Shown: positions 38,278-47,820 of the stretch, in pieces | Position numbering within the stretch: position 1 is the stretch's first letter | How the letters are laid out: the number at the start of each line of letters is the position of its first letter | Virus record (IMG/VR): IMGVR_UViG_3300005512_000001 | Coordinates: 224,001 to 288,000 of that record | Origin: a virus | Lineage: Duplodnaviria; Caudoviricetes | DNA length: 64,000 nt | Reading direction: 5' to 3' (one strand) | Notes under the pieces: model-generated | What the model was told of the DNA's origin: nothing | The model's database searches: none | The model's input: the letters and a program-made list of their open reading frames with translations, nothing else | Translations under genes and position numbers: made by a program

Positions 38278-41200
38278 GTAAAAAATTTATCATCCAAATA
38301 CCCGCCCCAAGTATGTAGCATAAATGGTTTTCTATTTTTTAGTCTTTTAGCTAAATTAGTGAAGTGCCCGTTTAATTTTTCTGTGTCATTTTCTACTATG
38401 CACTTGAAAATATTCAAGGCTGAATTTCTAAGGTCAACAGGGTAAAACATCGAGAAATCATCACACGCCACATTCATAAAGTCCTGTGAATCAGAGAATT
38501 TACTTGGGCCATATTCAGTCCTAATAGATGGTACTGCTGCTATGTTCTTCTTATATTCGTTCCACAAACTATGGTTTGGTATCGAGGCCATGATTCCGTT
38601 ATTTATGCGGCCATCCTTCTGTTTTGAGATGAAGAAGTCATAGATACCATATGTGTTTATGATGTGGTCAAGGCCCACAAACGGATACATATCACAATCG
38701 AGGTACCAACCTCCATGTGTATCTAATAAATGCACACGCATTAAATCAGCGAGTTGACATTTCTGCAGCCTCTCACGTTTAACATGGTCATACCAATCCG
38801 CATAAATGAATTCATCATGCACTCTGATTTCATAATCAGGATTTAATTCTCGATATTTGTCTATGTTGTACAGGACGTTCTTATTTTTATTGCCCATCCA
38901 AATAAAATGGATGATTTTAGGTATAACACACTGCAATACATTTGGTGTATCGCCTTCTAAAGGCCCACTACCTCTTGGCGGCAGGGGACTTTTTGGTTTC
39001 TTGCCTATAGCATCGAAAACCTTGGTTTTGCTGTGATAAACTCTGGTTCCTCTCCCGAATAAATATGGGTCAAATGCTGACCCTACATCTATTAGGGTGT
39101 GTTTTTCAGGCATCATCTCCCAGATTTTTTTAATTAGAACGCAGCTTAGTGCACCAACACAAAAAGACACGACTTTGCCAGATGTAGTCTGTAGATATTC
39201 GATTAGGTCGTTTAATAGTTCATCTGGATTGTGTCGCCAAGATGTTGGTTGCTTAATTGTAAATACTTTCTCTGGTTTGAATGGCATGTTGTTAGCATCA
39301 CAATTAAATGTGGCACCTTGGATATCACAATCGGAGCCTATAACAAAAACATTCTCTTTTGTGGCCAAGAGAGGTATAGTGGTTGCAATGAAATCCTTGT
39401 AATTGCAGTCTACTAACATTGTTGATGACAGTATGTTGCCTCTATCAAACCGTAGTGGCCGCCTACTAACAATTCCGACATAATATTTTGGGTGTTCATA
39501 TTTAAGGGCTTCATCTAACTCAGTGCTGAATGCTCGGTCTATGCTATCGCCAGTGTAGCTCCAGAATCTCCTACGCTGCTCCTGTCGGTCTATAATGGAG
39601 TATTCGCCCTCCCCAAATCTAGAAAATGCAAATCTTTCATCTGAGGCTATCATTTTGTTTATGAAGTCTAAATCATTGTAATCTGCTGTGAATCTGTGTG
39701 CTGACTTGTATTTGTTGAACAACCCATTTATATTCATAGAAAATGAGAAATTTTTGTGGTCCTTTAAATTCTCATATATCCACTTCACCTCTCTAATATA
39801 AGCATGATTTCCTCTGCGTCTATCGGAATTCATTGGGATTTCATCAAACGTCTGATTCTGAGGTTTATATCGCCAATTATATCCTGCAACAAATATGTCT
39901 AAATCGGGCAATACTCTTGAAATTCGCCATAGGTGGTAAAGGATGGTGAAACCTACAGTGCCTATCGGATGGCCGCATCCAGTGCTATTGAGCTTCAGCG
40001 TATCGCACATTAATTTGTTGGTGTATGGATTTACCATATAAATATTGCTAGAGCTATAAACGGTATTAACATGTTCTATGATTCTATCGGAATGGAATGG
40101 TGCTGGTATCGCTATAACTACTGCCTTTGGAGTATCAAAATCTTTCTTGCCTTGTATTGGTACAGAGTCCGAGTGTGTTATCAATAGGTCACATCTCCGA
40201 CCTCCTTTTGTGGCACTGTATGATTTGCGTCTGTTCCAATCATTACATCTTATAACTATATCTGCATTTTTTATTTTCTTCTCTAGGATTTTAAGCCCAC
40301 GGTTGGGAATTTTACCGTTCCCAATGACCACTATATGTTTATAATCTGTGAATGTTTCTGTCAATGACTCGGCATTAAACATTCTTATGCCATCCACTGG
40401 GTCCACAAGCTCAGTTTCTGCAATGGGTGTAATTTCTGCAGTTTCTGCAATGGGTGTAATTTTTGTATTAGGTTGCGTAGTTTTTCCCATAATTGGTTCC
40501 TTGAGGTCTACGTGTATTATTTGCACGTCATTTGGCCCGATGCTTTTAGCTGGGTTTTTTGTAGATATAATTTTACTGGCGGTCGACTTAATTGGCTCAA
40601 TATCACCAAATATTTCGCGAGTTAAACTTATAATCTCATCATCTTTTAGTATATTTAGGTGTTTCTGCAGACTTGGGATTTGCTGCCATCTATTCAAGAC
40701 CTGCATTTCTTGCGCCCGTGTGTCGAATTTTATGCCATCAAATGAGCTTCTGACTCCCTTTCTGCTGAGAATATTCAAGCCATCATCATTGAATTCCAAT
40801 CCTAAGGATTTCGACAAAGACATTCTATAGTCTTTTGACTCAAACCACAAATTAAAGTTGATTGGAATTAAATCTGGGAGGTTAGAGGTATGACCTAAAT
40901 ATTCATGTGCATATTTCTTCCATAAATCTATGTAGTAACTTAATTTAGGAAGAGTGTATTTGCGTATTATGCGATTCTTTAATCGGCTAGCAAATGTGTT
41001 GAATGGGTCCCTTAAAACAATAACTGAATTCTTTATTGTGTCGGGTCCAGTGAATTCATCTTCGTTTCCGGCGAATTTATGTGAATCGAATTCCAACTCG
41101 CAGTCCTCGAACCCCATAATGGTTAAATTGCATGCATTTTTCCTGACTCTTTTAACTGGATTATATAATTTGCAATTGCTAAAGAATTGCCGGGGTGTGC

Positions 41201-41285
41201 CACGCTGGTGAAATATCCAGTTTAAAACGCCATGATTTCCAGACCGTCTTAACCCGAATGCATATATTAATTGTTTAGTTGCCAT
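38274..41285 (-). CDS. Multidomain glycan-modifying protein (sulfotransferase-like + GT29-like + RFGEGE domain + GT32-like)
   Basis: GLRRSGNH..LRDPFN.FAS; VVIGNG..DIVIRCN; FSRFGEGE..IDVGSAFDP; IPKIIHFIWMG..ADLMR..GGWYLDCD. Confidence 0.75.
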   Translation of the reverse strand: MATKQLIYAFGLRRSGNHGVLNWIFHQRGTPRQFFSNCKLYNPVKRVRKNACNLTIMGFEDCELEFDSHKFAGNEDEFTGPDTIKNSVIVLRDPFNTFASRLKNRIIRKYTLPKLSYYIDLWKKYAHEYLGHTSNLPDLIPINFNLWFESKDYRMSLSKSLGLEFNDDGLNILSRKGVRSSFDGIKFDTRAQEMQVLNRWQQIPSLQKHLNILKDDEIISLTREIFGDIEPIKSTASKIISTKNPAKSIGPNDVQIIHVDLKEPIMGKTTQPNTKITPIAETAEITPIAETELVDPVDGIRMFNAESLTETFTDYKHIVVIGNGKIPNRGLKILEKKIKNADIVIRCNDWNRRKSYSATKGGRRCDLLITHSDSVPIQGKKDFDTPKAVVIAIPAPFHSDRIIEHVNTVYSSSNIYMVNPYTNKLMCDTLKLNSTGCGHPIGTVGFTILYHLWRISRVLPDLDIFVAGYNWRYKPQNQTFDEIPMNSDRRRGNHAYIREVKWIYENLKDHKNFSFSMNINGLFNKYKSAHRFTADYNDLDFINKMIASDERFAFSRFGEGEYSIIDRQEQRRRFWSYTGDSIDRAFSTELDEALKYEHPKYYVGIVSRRPLRFDRGNILSSTMLVDCNYKDFIATTIPLLATKENVFVIGSDCDIQGATFNCDANNMPFKPEKVFTIKQPTSWRHNPDELLNDLIEYLQTTSGKVVSFCVGALSCVLIKKIWEMMPEKHTLIDVGSAFDPYLFGRGTRVYHSKTKVFDAIGKKPKSPLPPRGSGPLEGDTPNVLQCVIPKIIHFIWMGNKNKNVLYNIDKYRELNPDYEIRVHDEFIYADWYDHVKRERLQKCQLADLMRVHLLDTHGGWYLDCDMYPFVGLDHIINTYGIYDFFISKQKDGRINNGIMASIPNHSLWNEYKKNIAAVPSIRTEYGPSKFSDSQDFMNVACDDFSMFYPVDLRNSALNIFKCIVENDTEKLNGHFTNLAKRLKNRKPFMLHTWGGYLDDKFFT

Positions 41286-41362
41286 GTCTATATTTACTCA
41301 TGTATTTTATGTTCAGAACTGGTTTTAAGAGTAGATATGCTGTTTAACCGCAAAGGATAATC

Positions 41363-42997
41363 ATGCCAAAACAATTAGTGTTTAACACACCAAAGTCTAC
41401 AGAGGCCCGCGACAAAATTAACTCTGGTATCAGTAAATTAGCAGAGGCTGTCAAGATAACTTTAGGGCCATCTGGCAGAGTTGTCATGTTTGAGCGGGAA
41501 TTTGGTGACCCTGTTATTACTAAAGATGGCGTTACTGTTGCTAAAGAAGTTGAGTTGGAAGACCGGCTTGAAAATATGGCAGCTAGTATGGTTCGACAGG
41601 CTACGGCGAAGACAGCAGCAGTCGCTGGTGATGGTACTACTACCGCCACAATATATGTCCAGGCTATATATGAATCTGGGATTAAAGGCACAGCGTCTGG
41701 TGCAAACCCACAAGAAGTTAAGCGTGGTATAGATTATGCAGCCAAGACTATAGTGGGCAAGCTACAAGAAGCATCGAAGCCGGTTGTGGATTTAGAACAA
41801 ATTCAGCAAGTCGCTATTTGTAGCTCTAACCAAGATATTGAAGTTGGGTCTATGATTACCGAAGCACTGAGGCAAGTCGGTAAAGATGGTGTGGTTACTA
41901 TCGAGGAAGGCAACGCGCTTGAGACAACAGTTAGTGTGGTTGATGGCTTGCAATTCCCAAGAGGATATGTTAGTCCACAATTCGCCACTGACCCAGAGAC
42001 ATTGGCATGTGAATATGATGACCCGAACATTGTTATCGTCAGTGATAAGCTTACTGATTTGAAGAGTGTTTTAAAACTTCTAGAAGTTACTGTCCGAGAA
42101 GGCAGTCCAGTGGTTGTTATTGCTGATGAATTTTCGGATGACGTGATTGCTGCCATGGTTCTAAATAGGATTAGGTCACAGCTAAACATCGTAGCCGTCA
42201 AAGCCCCTGGATTTGGCGATAGGAGGGTGCAAGTCCTTGAAGACCTTGCCATTGCTACTGGCGGGACTATCCTTTCAAAGGGAGGGATAGACCCATCACA
42301 AATTAAATCCTCGCATTTTGGCAAATGCAAGCGTATTAAGATTGATAGGGACTCGACAACTATCTTGGAAGGTAAGGGCGACCCAGACCAGATTGAAGCT
42401 CGCATAGAATTATTGAGGTCGCAGTTGGAGAAGGTGCCTGGGAGTTTTGATAAGGAACGGGTTCAAGAGCGATTGGCCAGGCTTACTGGCGGGGTAGCCC
42501 AAATTTCAGTTGGTGGCGCAACTGAGGTTGAGGTCAGGGAAAAGAAAGATAGAATTGATGACGCCCTGCACGCCTGCAAAGCGGCTATAGAAGAGGGGAT
42601 TCTTCCTGGTGGTGGAGTAGCAGCGGTCCATGCCGCTAAAAATGATATAGAACGTTCCGGGTTCTGTGATGATTTTAAGATTGGCATTGACATTCTGCTG
42701 CGTGCGTTAGAAGCCCCATTGAGACAGATTGCAATTAATACTGGCGAAGATGATGGTGTAGTGGCCAATAAAGTTAAGGAATCGAATGACTCGAACTATG
42801 GTTTTGATGCGGCCAATAAGAAATATGGCAATATGGTAGAATTTGGAATTATAGTTCCTACGAAGGTTGAGAGAGTTGCATTGCTGAATGCGGCTTCGGT
42901 GGCGGGGTTATTGTTAACAACTGATTGTATGATTTCGATTATTAAAGACGGTAATGAGCAGCAGCCCCAATCGCCATTCCCATCACTTGGGATGTAA
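41363..42997 (+). CDS. groEL: Chaperonin GroEL
   Basis: TLGPSG, ITKDGVTVAKE, AGDGTTTAT, KAPGFGDRR, ERLARLTGGVA, GILPGGG. Confidence 0.97.
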   Translation: MPKQLVFNTPKSTEARDKINSGISKLAEAVKITLGPSGRVVMFEREFGDPVITKDGVTVAKEVELEDRLENMAASMVRQATAKTAAVAGDGTTTATIYVQAIYESGIKGTASGANPQEVKRGIDYAAKTIVGKLQEASKPVVDLEQIQQVAICSSNQDIEVGSMITEALRQVGKDGVVTIEEGNALETTVSVVDGLQFPRGYVSPQFATDPETLACEYDDPNIVIVSDKLTDLKSVLKLLEVTVREGSPVVVIADEFSDDVIAAMVLNRIRSQLNIVAVKAPGFGDRRVQVLEDLAIATGGTILSKGGIDPSQIKSSHFGKCKRIKIDRDSTTILEGKGDPDQIEARIELLRSQLEKVPGSFDKERVQERLARLTGGVAQISVGGATEVEVREKKDRIDDALHACKAAIEEGILPGGGVAAVHAAKNDIERSGFCDDFKIGIDILLRALEAPLRQIAINTGEDDGVVANKVKESNDSNYGFDAANKKYGNMVEFGIIVPTKVERVALLNAASVAGLLLTTDCMISIIKDGNEQQPQSPFPSLGM

Positions 42998-43009
42998 ATT
43001 TCCTTTTAG

Positions 43010-43047
43010 TAAAGCCCTATTATTTATTGATAAATAATAGGGCTTTA
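43010..43047 (+). terminator. Hairpin after groEL
   Basis: TAAAGCCCTATTATTTA-ttga-TAAATAATAGGGCTTTA. Confidence 0.75.
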
Positions 43048-43120
43048 ATTTATTACTATTGCAAAGATAAAGTAGTACATAATGTATTAACGGACTATGC
43101 AGAAAAAGGTGGACTAATCA

Positions 43121-43600
43121 ATGGACCTAAAAGACAGGATTAATAAATGCACTGATAAAGTTAAGCGGTGTCAGGATTTTGATTCCCTCTTCATGCTGGA
43201 AGAGGATTTCAATTCGGTTGGTTTGACTTTGCGTGAGACCGTCAACCGCAAAATGGCATTATGCCGTGTTGAAGATGGGTCATTTGCATCTAATAAAATG
43301 CTTGATGATTTTATATTCGTTGGGTATGCTGATGACCCAAGGGCGTTGCTGTTGGATGAAATGCGTGGTTATATATGTGAATTTGTTGATGAGAATGCTA
43401 GTGATGAAGAACTTCGTAGTATAGCATCTAGTGCTAAGCACCAGCAGGTTGGCCTATATGGTCGGACCATAACGCAAATTGAGAATGAAGATGTACTGGA
43501 TGTTGTTCAGAGGATGGGCTTAGAATGCCCACAACTTGTAGAAGAAGGTTTGTTAGAGTCAGTCCGTAAATGGCTGGAGGATTCTAATGCCGAAATATAA
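43121..43600 (+). CDS. Hypothetical protein
   Basis: 159-aa ORF; GCAAAGATA upstream. Confidence 0.6.
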   Translation: MDLKDRINKCTDKVKRCQDFDSLFMLEEDFNSVGLTLRETVNRKMALCRVEDGSFASNKMLDDFIFVGYADDPRALLLDEMRGYICEFVDENASDEELRSIASSAKHQQVGLYGRTITQIENEDVLDVVQRMGLECPQLVEEGLLESVRKWLEDSNAEI

Positions 43601-46424
43601 TTTCGAAGTACCACGCCCTCGTGGCGCTCAGCCCATTAATGACTGTCCTGTCTCTGAGTCTAATAAACCAGCATGCGCTAAAGACATTATTTTACATATG
43701 TTGCTGGCAAGGGTTGCTACAGAGGGCGGTGAGACTGTTGAGCTAAGTACCATATTTAATCCATTAATCAATGCTCTTGATATAGATGTCCCCGAAGATA
43801 TTCTGCAAGCTGTGGAGTCTATTGGTGTTGGTCCGAATCTTCAGAGATTTCTGGACTGGGTTAACCGGTCGAATCCATTCGACGACATACAATTTGCTAC
43901 TGATGCTACGCCAGAACATAGCGAGGGTTTGATATTTTATGATAACGAAGCTAAGGCTCTAGCAGTTTATAATGATGTTGCTGACATAACCCTGCAAGTT
44001 GGTCAAGAACAATGGATTGCAGTAAGAAACGAATCAGGGGCCGCTATCGAGAATGGTGCCGCTGTCTATATTTCTGGTGCATCTGGAGGCTATCCATTAA
44101 TAGATTTAGCGCAGGCTAATTCTGAAAATACAGCATTTGTGATTGGTTTGGCCACACATACTATTGCAAATAATAGCAATGGTTTTGTCACAACTAGTGG
44201 CATGGTTAATGACGTTGATACGTCTAGTTTTAGCGCTGGCGATATTTTATTCTTATCAGAAACAACTGCTGGGGGTTATCAGGCTACAAAGCCAGATATA
44301 ACAACTAGGGTTGGTACTGCTGTTACCTCATCGACGACTGGCAAAATCTTTGTTAGAGCGGTATATGCTAACTACTATACTAAAGAACAAATTGATTTGA
44401 TTATTTCAAGTATAGCGGCTGGTGGAACGACAGTTATCCCTAACCAAGTGATTGTTGCCAAGGGCGGTGGGGGTTCTGACGAGAATGTGTTTTTGTCTGT
44501 TGAGGAGGCTATTGATTTCATTGATGGCCTCGCTGGAGGCGACCAACCTGCTGCGGACAACCCATATGTTATATTAGTATCGGCTGGCTTGTATACTGAA
44601 GACAACCCTCTAGTAATACCATCTTATGTTAGTGTGCAGGGCCAAAATGATGAAGTATCAATTATACAAGCTTTAAATAATAATGACCCATTGTTTGTGG
44701 CATCTGATGAATCGCAAGTTTATAATTTAAGGATTGATGGCCCAACGAATGATGCTGGCATATTGGCACAGGGCGGGGTCGAAACTGAAATAGTGCGTGT
44801 GGCATTTAAAAATTGTTTAATTGGTTTACATGCTGATGGTGTTGGCACCCAAGCTACTATCGAAGAATCGAAATTTAAATCTACGACTACCACTGGTATG
44901 CAAGCTACTGATTCCGCATCAATCAATAGCTCGAATATACTATCTGAAGCCGCGACTACTCATTTTTATGCTAATGGAGGCAGTATTTGGATACATAATA
45001 GTGGGACTACTGGCGGCACTAATGGCTTATATGCTAATAATGGTGGCACAATAGATGTAAATCTATGCACTCTGATTGGCACAACCAATGTGGTAAGAGC
45101 CAATAATTCGAGTAATATTTCGGGGATTGCTGTTGAGTCACGTGGGGCCAGTACTTGGGATGTTTTGCAAGAGGATGCTTCAACTATTGATTTGTCATCT
45201 TGTAGATTTGTTGCTACAAAATTATCAATGTTCGATGCTGATGAATTAAAACTCAGTTTTGATAGTGATTTAGAAGGCGATGAGGGTCTTATATTATATG
45301 AAGAATTGCAGGTGGGTTCGCCAGAGATTGGGCGTGAATCTGTTTTTGGAGAAGGCGATAGTTATACTCGTGGGATGTTAGTTTACACCGAGACTGCTGG
45401 CAATGTATTTGCAGATGTAAGCACGGAAGCAGCGAGTGCTTCTGGTTCAACATTCACATTCCCTGGCGTAGCACAGAATAATGCTATTTATGTGTCTAGT
45501 GATTTGCAAGATGATACAGATTATAAACAGTTTTTGGGCATTAAAATAGCAAATACTACGGCGGCCGTATTGGGTGTCGGGTCTATCGCCACTGAATATT
45601 GGAATGGTGCAGCTTGGACAGCATTTAACGTCATGGCTGCTGATGCTGATTCTCCGTATGATGCATATGCAAATGTGTTATTTACGAGGGCTAATGCATC
45701 GGAGCAGCTTAGGTTCGATGACATTAGAACTAATTGGACTAAAAATGACCCGCCTGCCACTGGAACAAATAGGTATTGGGTCCGATTTAGAATAGCAACT
45801 GCAGTAACGACTGTGCCTGTGTTTGAGCAGTTCAAAGTCCATAGCAATAGGACAGAAATTAACGCAGATGGGTTTGTTGAATACATGGGGCTGGCCAGGA
45901 CTAGGCGTAAACTTCCTGCTGTCCATATAGGCAATAAGCAGCCACTTGTGGGGGCTTCTCCAGCCAATGAAGATGTTGATTTTGGTTCCGTAATCAATTT
46001 CTCGGTTTCGGATAATGAGTTTGCTAATGGCACAACAGATGGATTTGGACAAATGGTTGCTGTTCCAGAGGGGCTTGATACTTCATTGCCATTAGAATTT
46101 ACTGTGAGATGGGCACCAACTACTGATGCTGCGTCTGGTGATGTAGTTTTAGACCTTAAGTATGGCATTATTAAAGTTGGCACAGTTCTTGATGGTACGA
46201 ATGCAGAATTGACCGCATCCGACTTAGTAACAACTACGCTTAATACTGCTGAGCAAGTGTATGAATCTACAATATCATTTTATACGCCAACTGCTGTTCT
46301 TGGCGATACTATAGCATTAGCTCTAATCAGGCAGGCTGCTGGTTCGCCAGGCCCAACTGGCGACACTTACAATGGCAATATTTACGTCATATCTGTCTTA
46401 TTGCAAGGATATTTCTGGCATTAA
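43587..46424 (+). CDS. Virion fibre/decoration protein with parallel beta-helix
   Basis: VRNESG..IENGAAVYISG module, AGLYTE..VSVQG pectin-lyase-like start, G/T/A-rich repeats. Confidence 0.65.
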   Translation: MPKYNFEVPRPRGAQPINDCPVSESNKPACAKDIILHMLLARVATEGGETVELSTIFNPLINALDIDVPEDILQAVESIGVGPNLQRFLDWVNRSNPFDDIQFATDATPEHSEGLIFYDNEAKALAVYNDVADITLQVGQEQWIAVRNESGAAIENGAAVYISGASGGYPLIDLAQANSENTAFVIGLATHTIANNSNGFVTTSGMVNDVDTSSFSAGDILFLSETTAGGYQATKPDITTRVGTAVTSSTTGKIFVRAVYANYYTKEQIDLIISSIAAGGTTVIPNQVIVAKGGGGSDENVFLSVEEAIDFIDGLAGGDQPAADNPYVILVSAGLYTEDNPLVIPSYVSVQGQNDEVSIIQALNNNDPLFVASDESQVYNLRIDGPTNDAGILAQGGVETEIVRVAFKNCLIGLHADGVGTQATIEESKFKSTTTTGMQATDSASINSSNILSEAATTHFYANGGSIWIHNSGTTGGTNGLYANNGGTIDVNLCTLIGTTNVVRANNSSNISGIAVESRGASTWDVLQEDASTIDLSSCRFVATKLSMFDADELKLSFDSDLEGDEGLILYEELQVGSPEIGRESVFGEGDSYTRGMLVYTETAGNVFADVSTEAASASGSTFTFPGVAQNNAIYVSSDLQDDTDYKQFLGIKIANTTAAVLGVGSIATEYWNGAAWTAFNVMAADADSPYDAYANVLFTRANASEQLRFDDIRTNWTKNDPPATGTNRYWVRFRIATAVTTVPVFEQFKVHSNRTEINADGFVEYMGLARTRRKLPAVHIGNKQPLVGASPANEDVDFGSVINFSVSDNEFANGTTDGFGQMVAVPEGLDTSLPLEFTVRWAPTTDAASGDVVLDLKYGIIKVGTVLDGTNAELTASDLVTTTLNTAEQVYESTISFYTPTAVLGDTIALALIRQAAGSPGPTGDTYNGNIYVISVLLQGYFWH

Positions 46425-46744
46425 GTGTCATAGAACCGTCTTATCGCTTGCTTTATTTTTTTGATGACTAAATCAGCGTTGGTTAGCTCATATTCGCTCA
46501 GTTTCATGGCTAGGATTAGTGGGTCATCGAAATCAATAATCACTGAACAGCTTTTACTCCATGACATATCCCACGACATTTTAACTATGATGCCGCATAA
46601 TGAAAATGTTGGAATAGAGTTTGGGTCTGCTAGTTCGCCTTCTGACTTAATATTGAGCACACCTTCTTGCCAAAACCATCTGCCAGCCCATGATTCGTGT
46701 GCGACTATTGAATCAATGTTAATTATATCAATGACTTTGCACAT
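46421..46744 (-). CDS. Paralog family A hypothetical protein
   Basis: LNIKSEGELADPNSIPTF. Confidence 0.6.
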   Translation of the reverse strand: MCKVIDIINIDSIVAHESWAGRWFWQEGVLNIKSEGELADPNSIPTFSLCGIIVKMSWDMSWSKSCSVIIDFDDPLILAMKLSEYELTNADLVIKKIKQAIRRFYDT

Positions 46745-46823
46745 ATATGTAAAATACTTCTGTTACGTTATCCAATTGACATATGCAGATACTAAATTAT
46801 AGATGTGGTAATGAAAATCAAGT

Positions 46824-47093
46824 ATGAGTAAGCCATTGATAGTGAAAGAGGCTGTAGAGACTAAAGATGGCGACACTTACTATGTTGAGTGTTCGTTTGA
46901 CCTTCCTACAATTATAGGGGCGGGATACGCTCCAGATGATGTTATTGAATATGTTGTGAAAAGATGTGTTTTATTGTATCAGGCTAGAGAGACGTTGCGG
47001 GATATTGGTTTAGAGCTTGGGTGTGATTTAGAAGTTGAGGGGATAGAGTCTATTGAAGATGTAGACGAGGACGAAGACGAAGATTATGCTTGA
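46824..47093 (+). CDS. Small acidic hypothetical protein
   Basis: 89-aa ORF. Confidence 0.55.
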   Translation: MSKPLIVKEAVETKDGDTYYVECSFDLPTIIGAGYAPDDVIEYVVKRCVLLYQARETLRDIGLELGCDLEVEGIESIEDVDEDEDEDYA

Positions 47094-47518
47094 TTTCCTT
47101 CTAACTCCATGCAGAATGCCTTAATCTTCTTGAGAATATGCTCCTTGTCAGCCGATGTTAAAACCGTGAGTCTCTCTGGTAAGTCTACACTCTCAAGGAT
47201 GTATAGGGCACGGTCTTCGTCAATACCTTCCAATTCAAGATGAGTGTCAGTCAAATGCCGACACCCATACCATATTTCACCGCCATCTGTTGCGATTATT
47301 TCATCTGGCGACATAATAGTGGGATTCTTTAATATTCCGGTTGGTATTGTGTCGACACAATACTCACTAGAACTATCAAATGTAATTCTAACGAGGAAAT
47401 ATGGGTTATGCCCGGACCTTCCGACATCATCTGAAATACATCCATCTTCGATAATTACAAGTCTAAGGACTTCGGCCCGGCCTATGTTCTTTGAATTCGA
47501 TTGGCTGAATTCTATCAT
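47084..47518 (-). CDS. Paralog family B hypothetical protein
   Basis: ISDDVGRSGHNPYFLVRI..IIATDGGEIW; GGAGG SD. Confidence 0.6.
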   Translation of the reverse strand: MIEFSQSNSKNIGRAEVLRLVIIEDGCISDDVGRSGHNPYFLVRITFDSSSEYCVDTIPTGILKNPTIMSPDEIIATDGGEIWYGCRHLTDTHLELEGIDEDRALYILESVDLPERLTVLTSADKEHILKKIKAFCMELEGNQA

Positions 47519-47621
47519 TGCTGCCTCCGATGGCTAGTGTGTCGTTGAAGTTGTTGCGATAACTTCTTATATACCTCAGAGAAGAGCTTGGATTGTATAT
47601 ATAATAAGGCAAAATTATAAT

Positions 47622-47819
47622 ATGAGGAATGAATTCTCGACACGCATAGATAATATATTAAATGAATTTGGTGTTGGCCACTGGAAAGCGTGGGATGGGA
47701 AGGAACCTATCCATTCAATTGTAGACCCAAAAAGTTGGCCCAAATTTAATCAAATGGACCCTAGCACAGGGCGTAGTAAAAAACGCAAGAAAGTTAAAAG
47801 AATAGCTGGAAAATTATAA
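47622..47819 (+). CDS. Small late protein
   Basis: GCAAAATTA 4 nt before the ATG; IDNILNE. Confidence 0.55.
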   Translation: MRNEFSTRIDNILNEFGVGHWKAWDGKEPIHSIVDPKSWPKFNQMDPSTGRSKKRKKVKRIAGKL

Positions 47820-47820
47820 T

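Noticed and set aside
22826-47518. Diversity-generating retroelement behind the paralog families
   Set aside because: No reverse transcriptase, and no near-identical template/variable repeat pair seen
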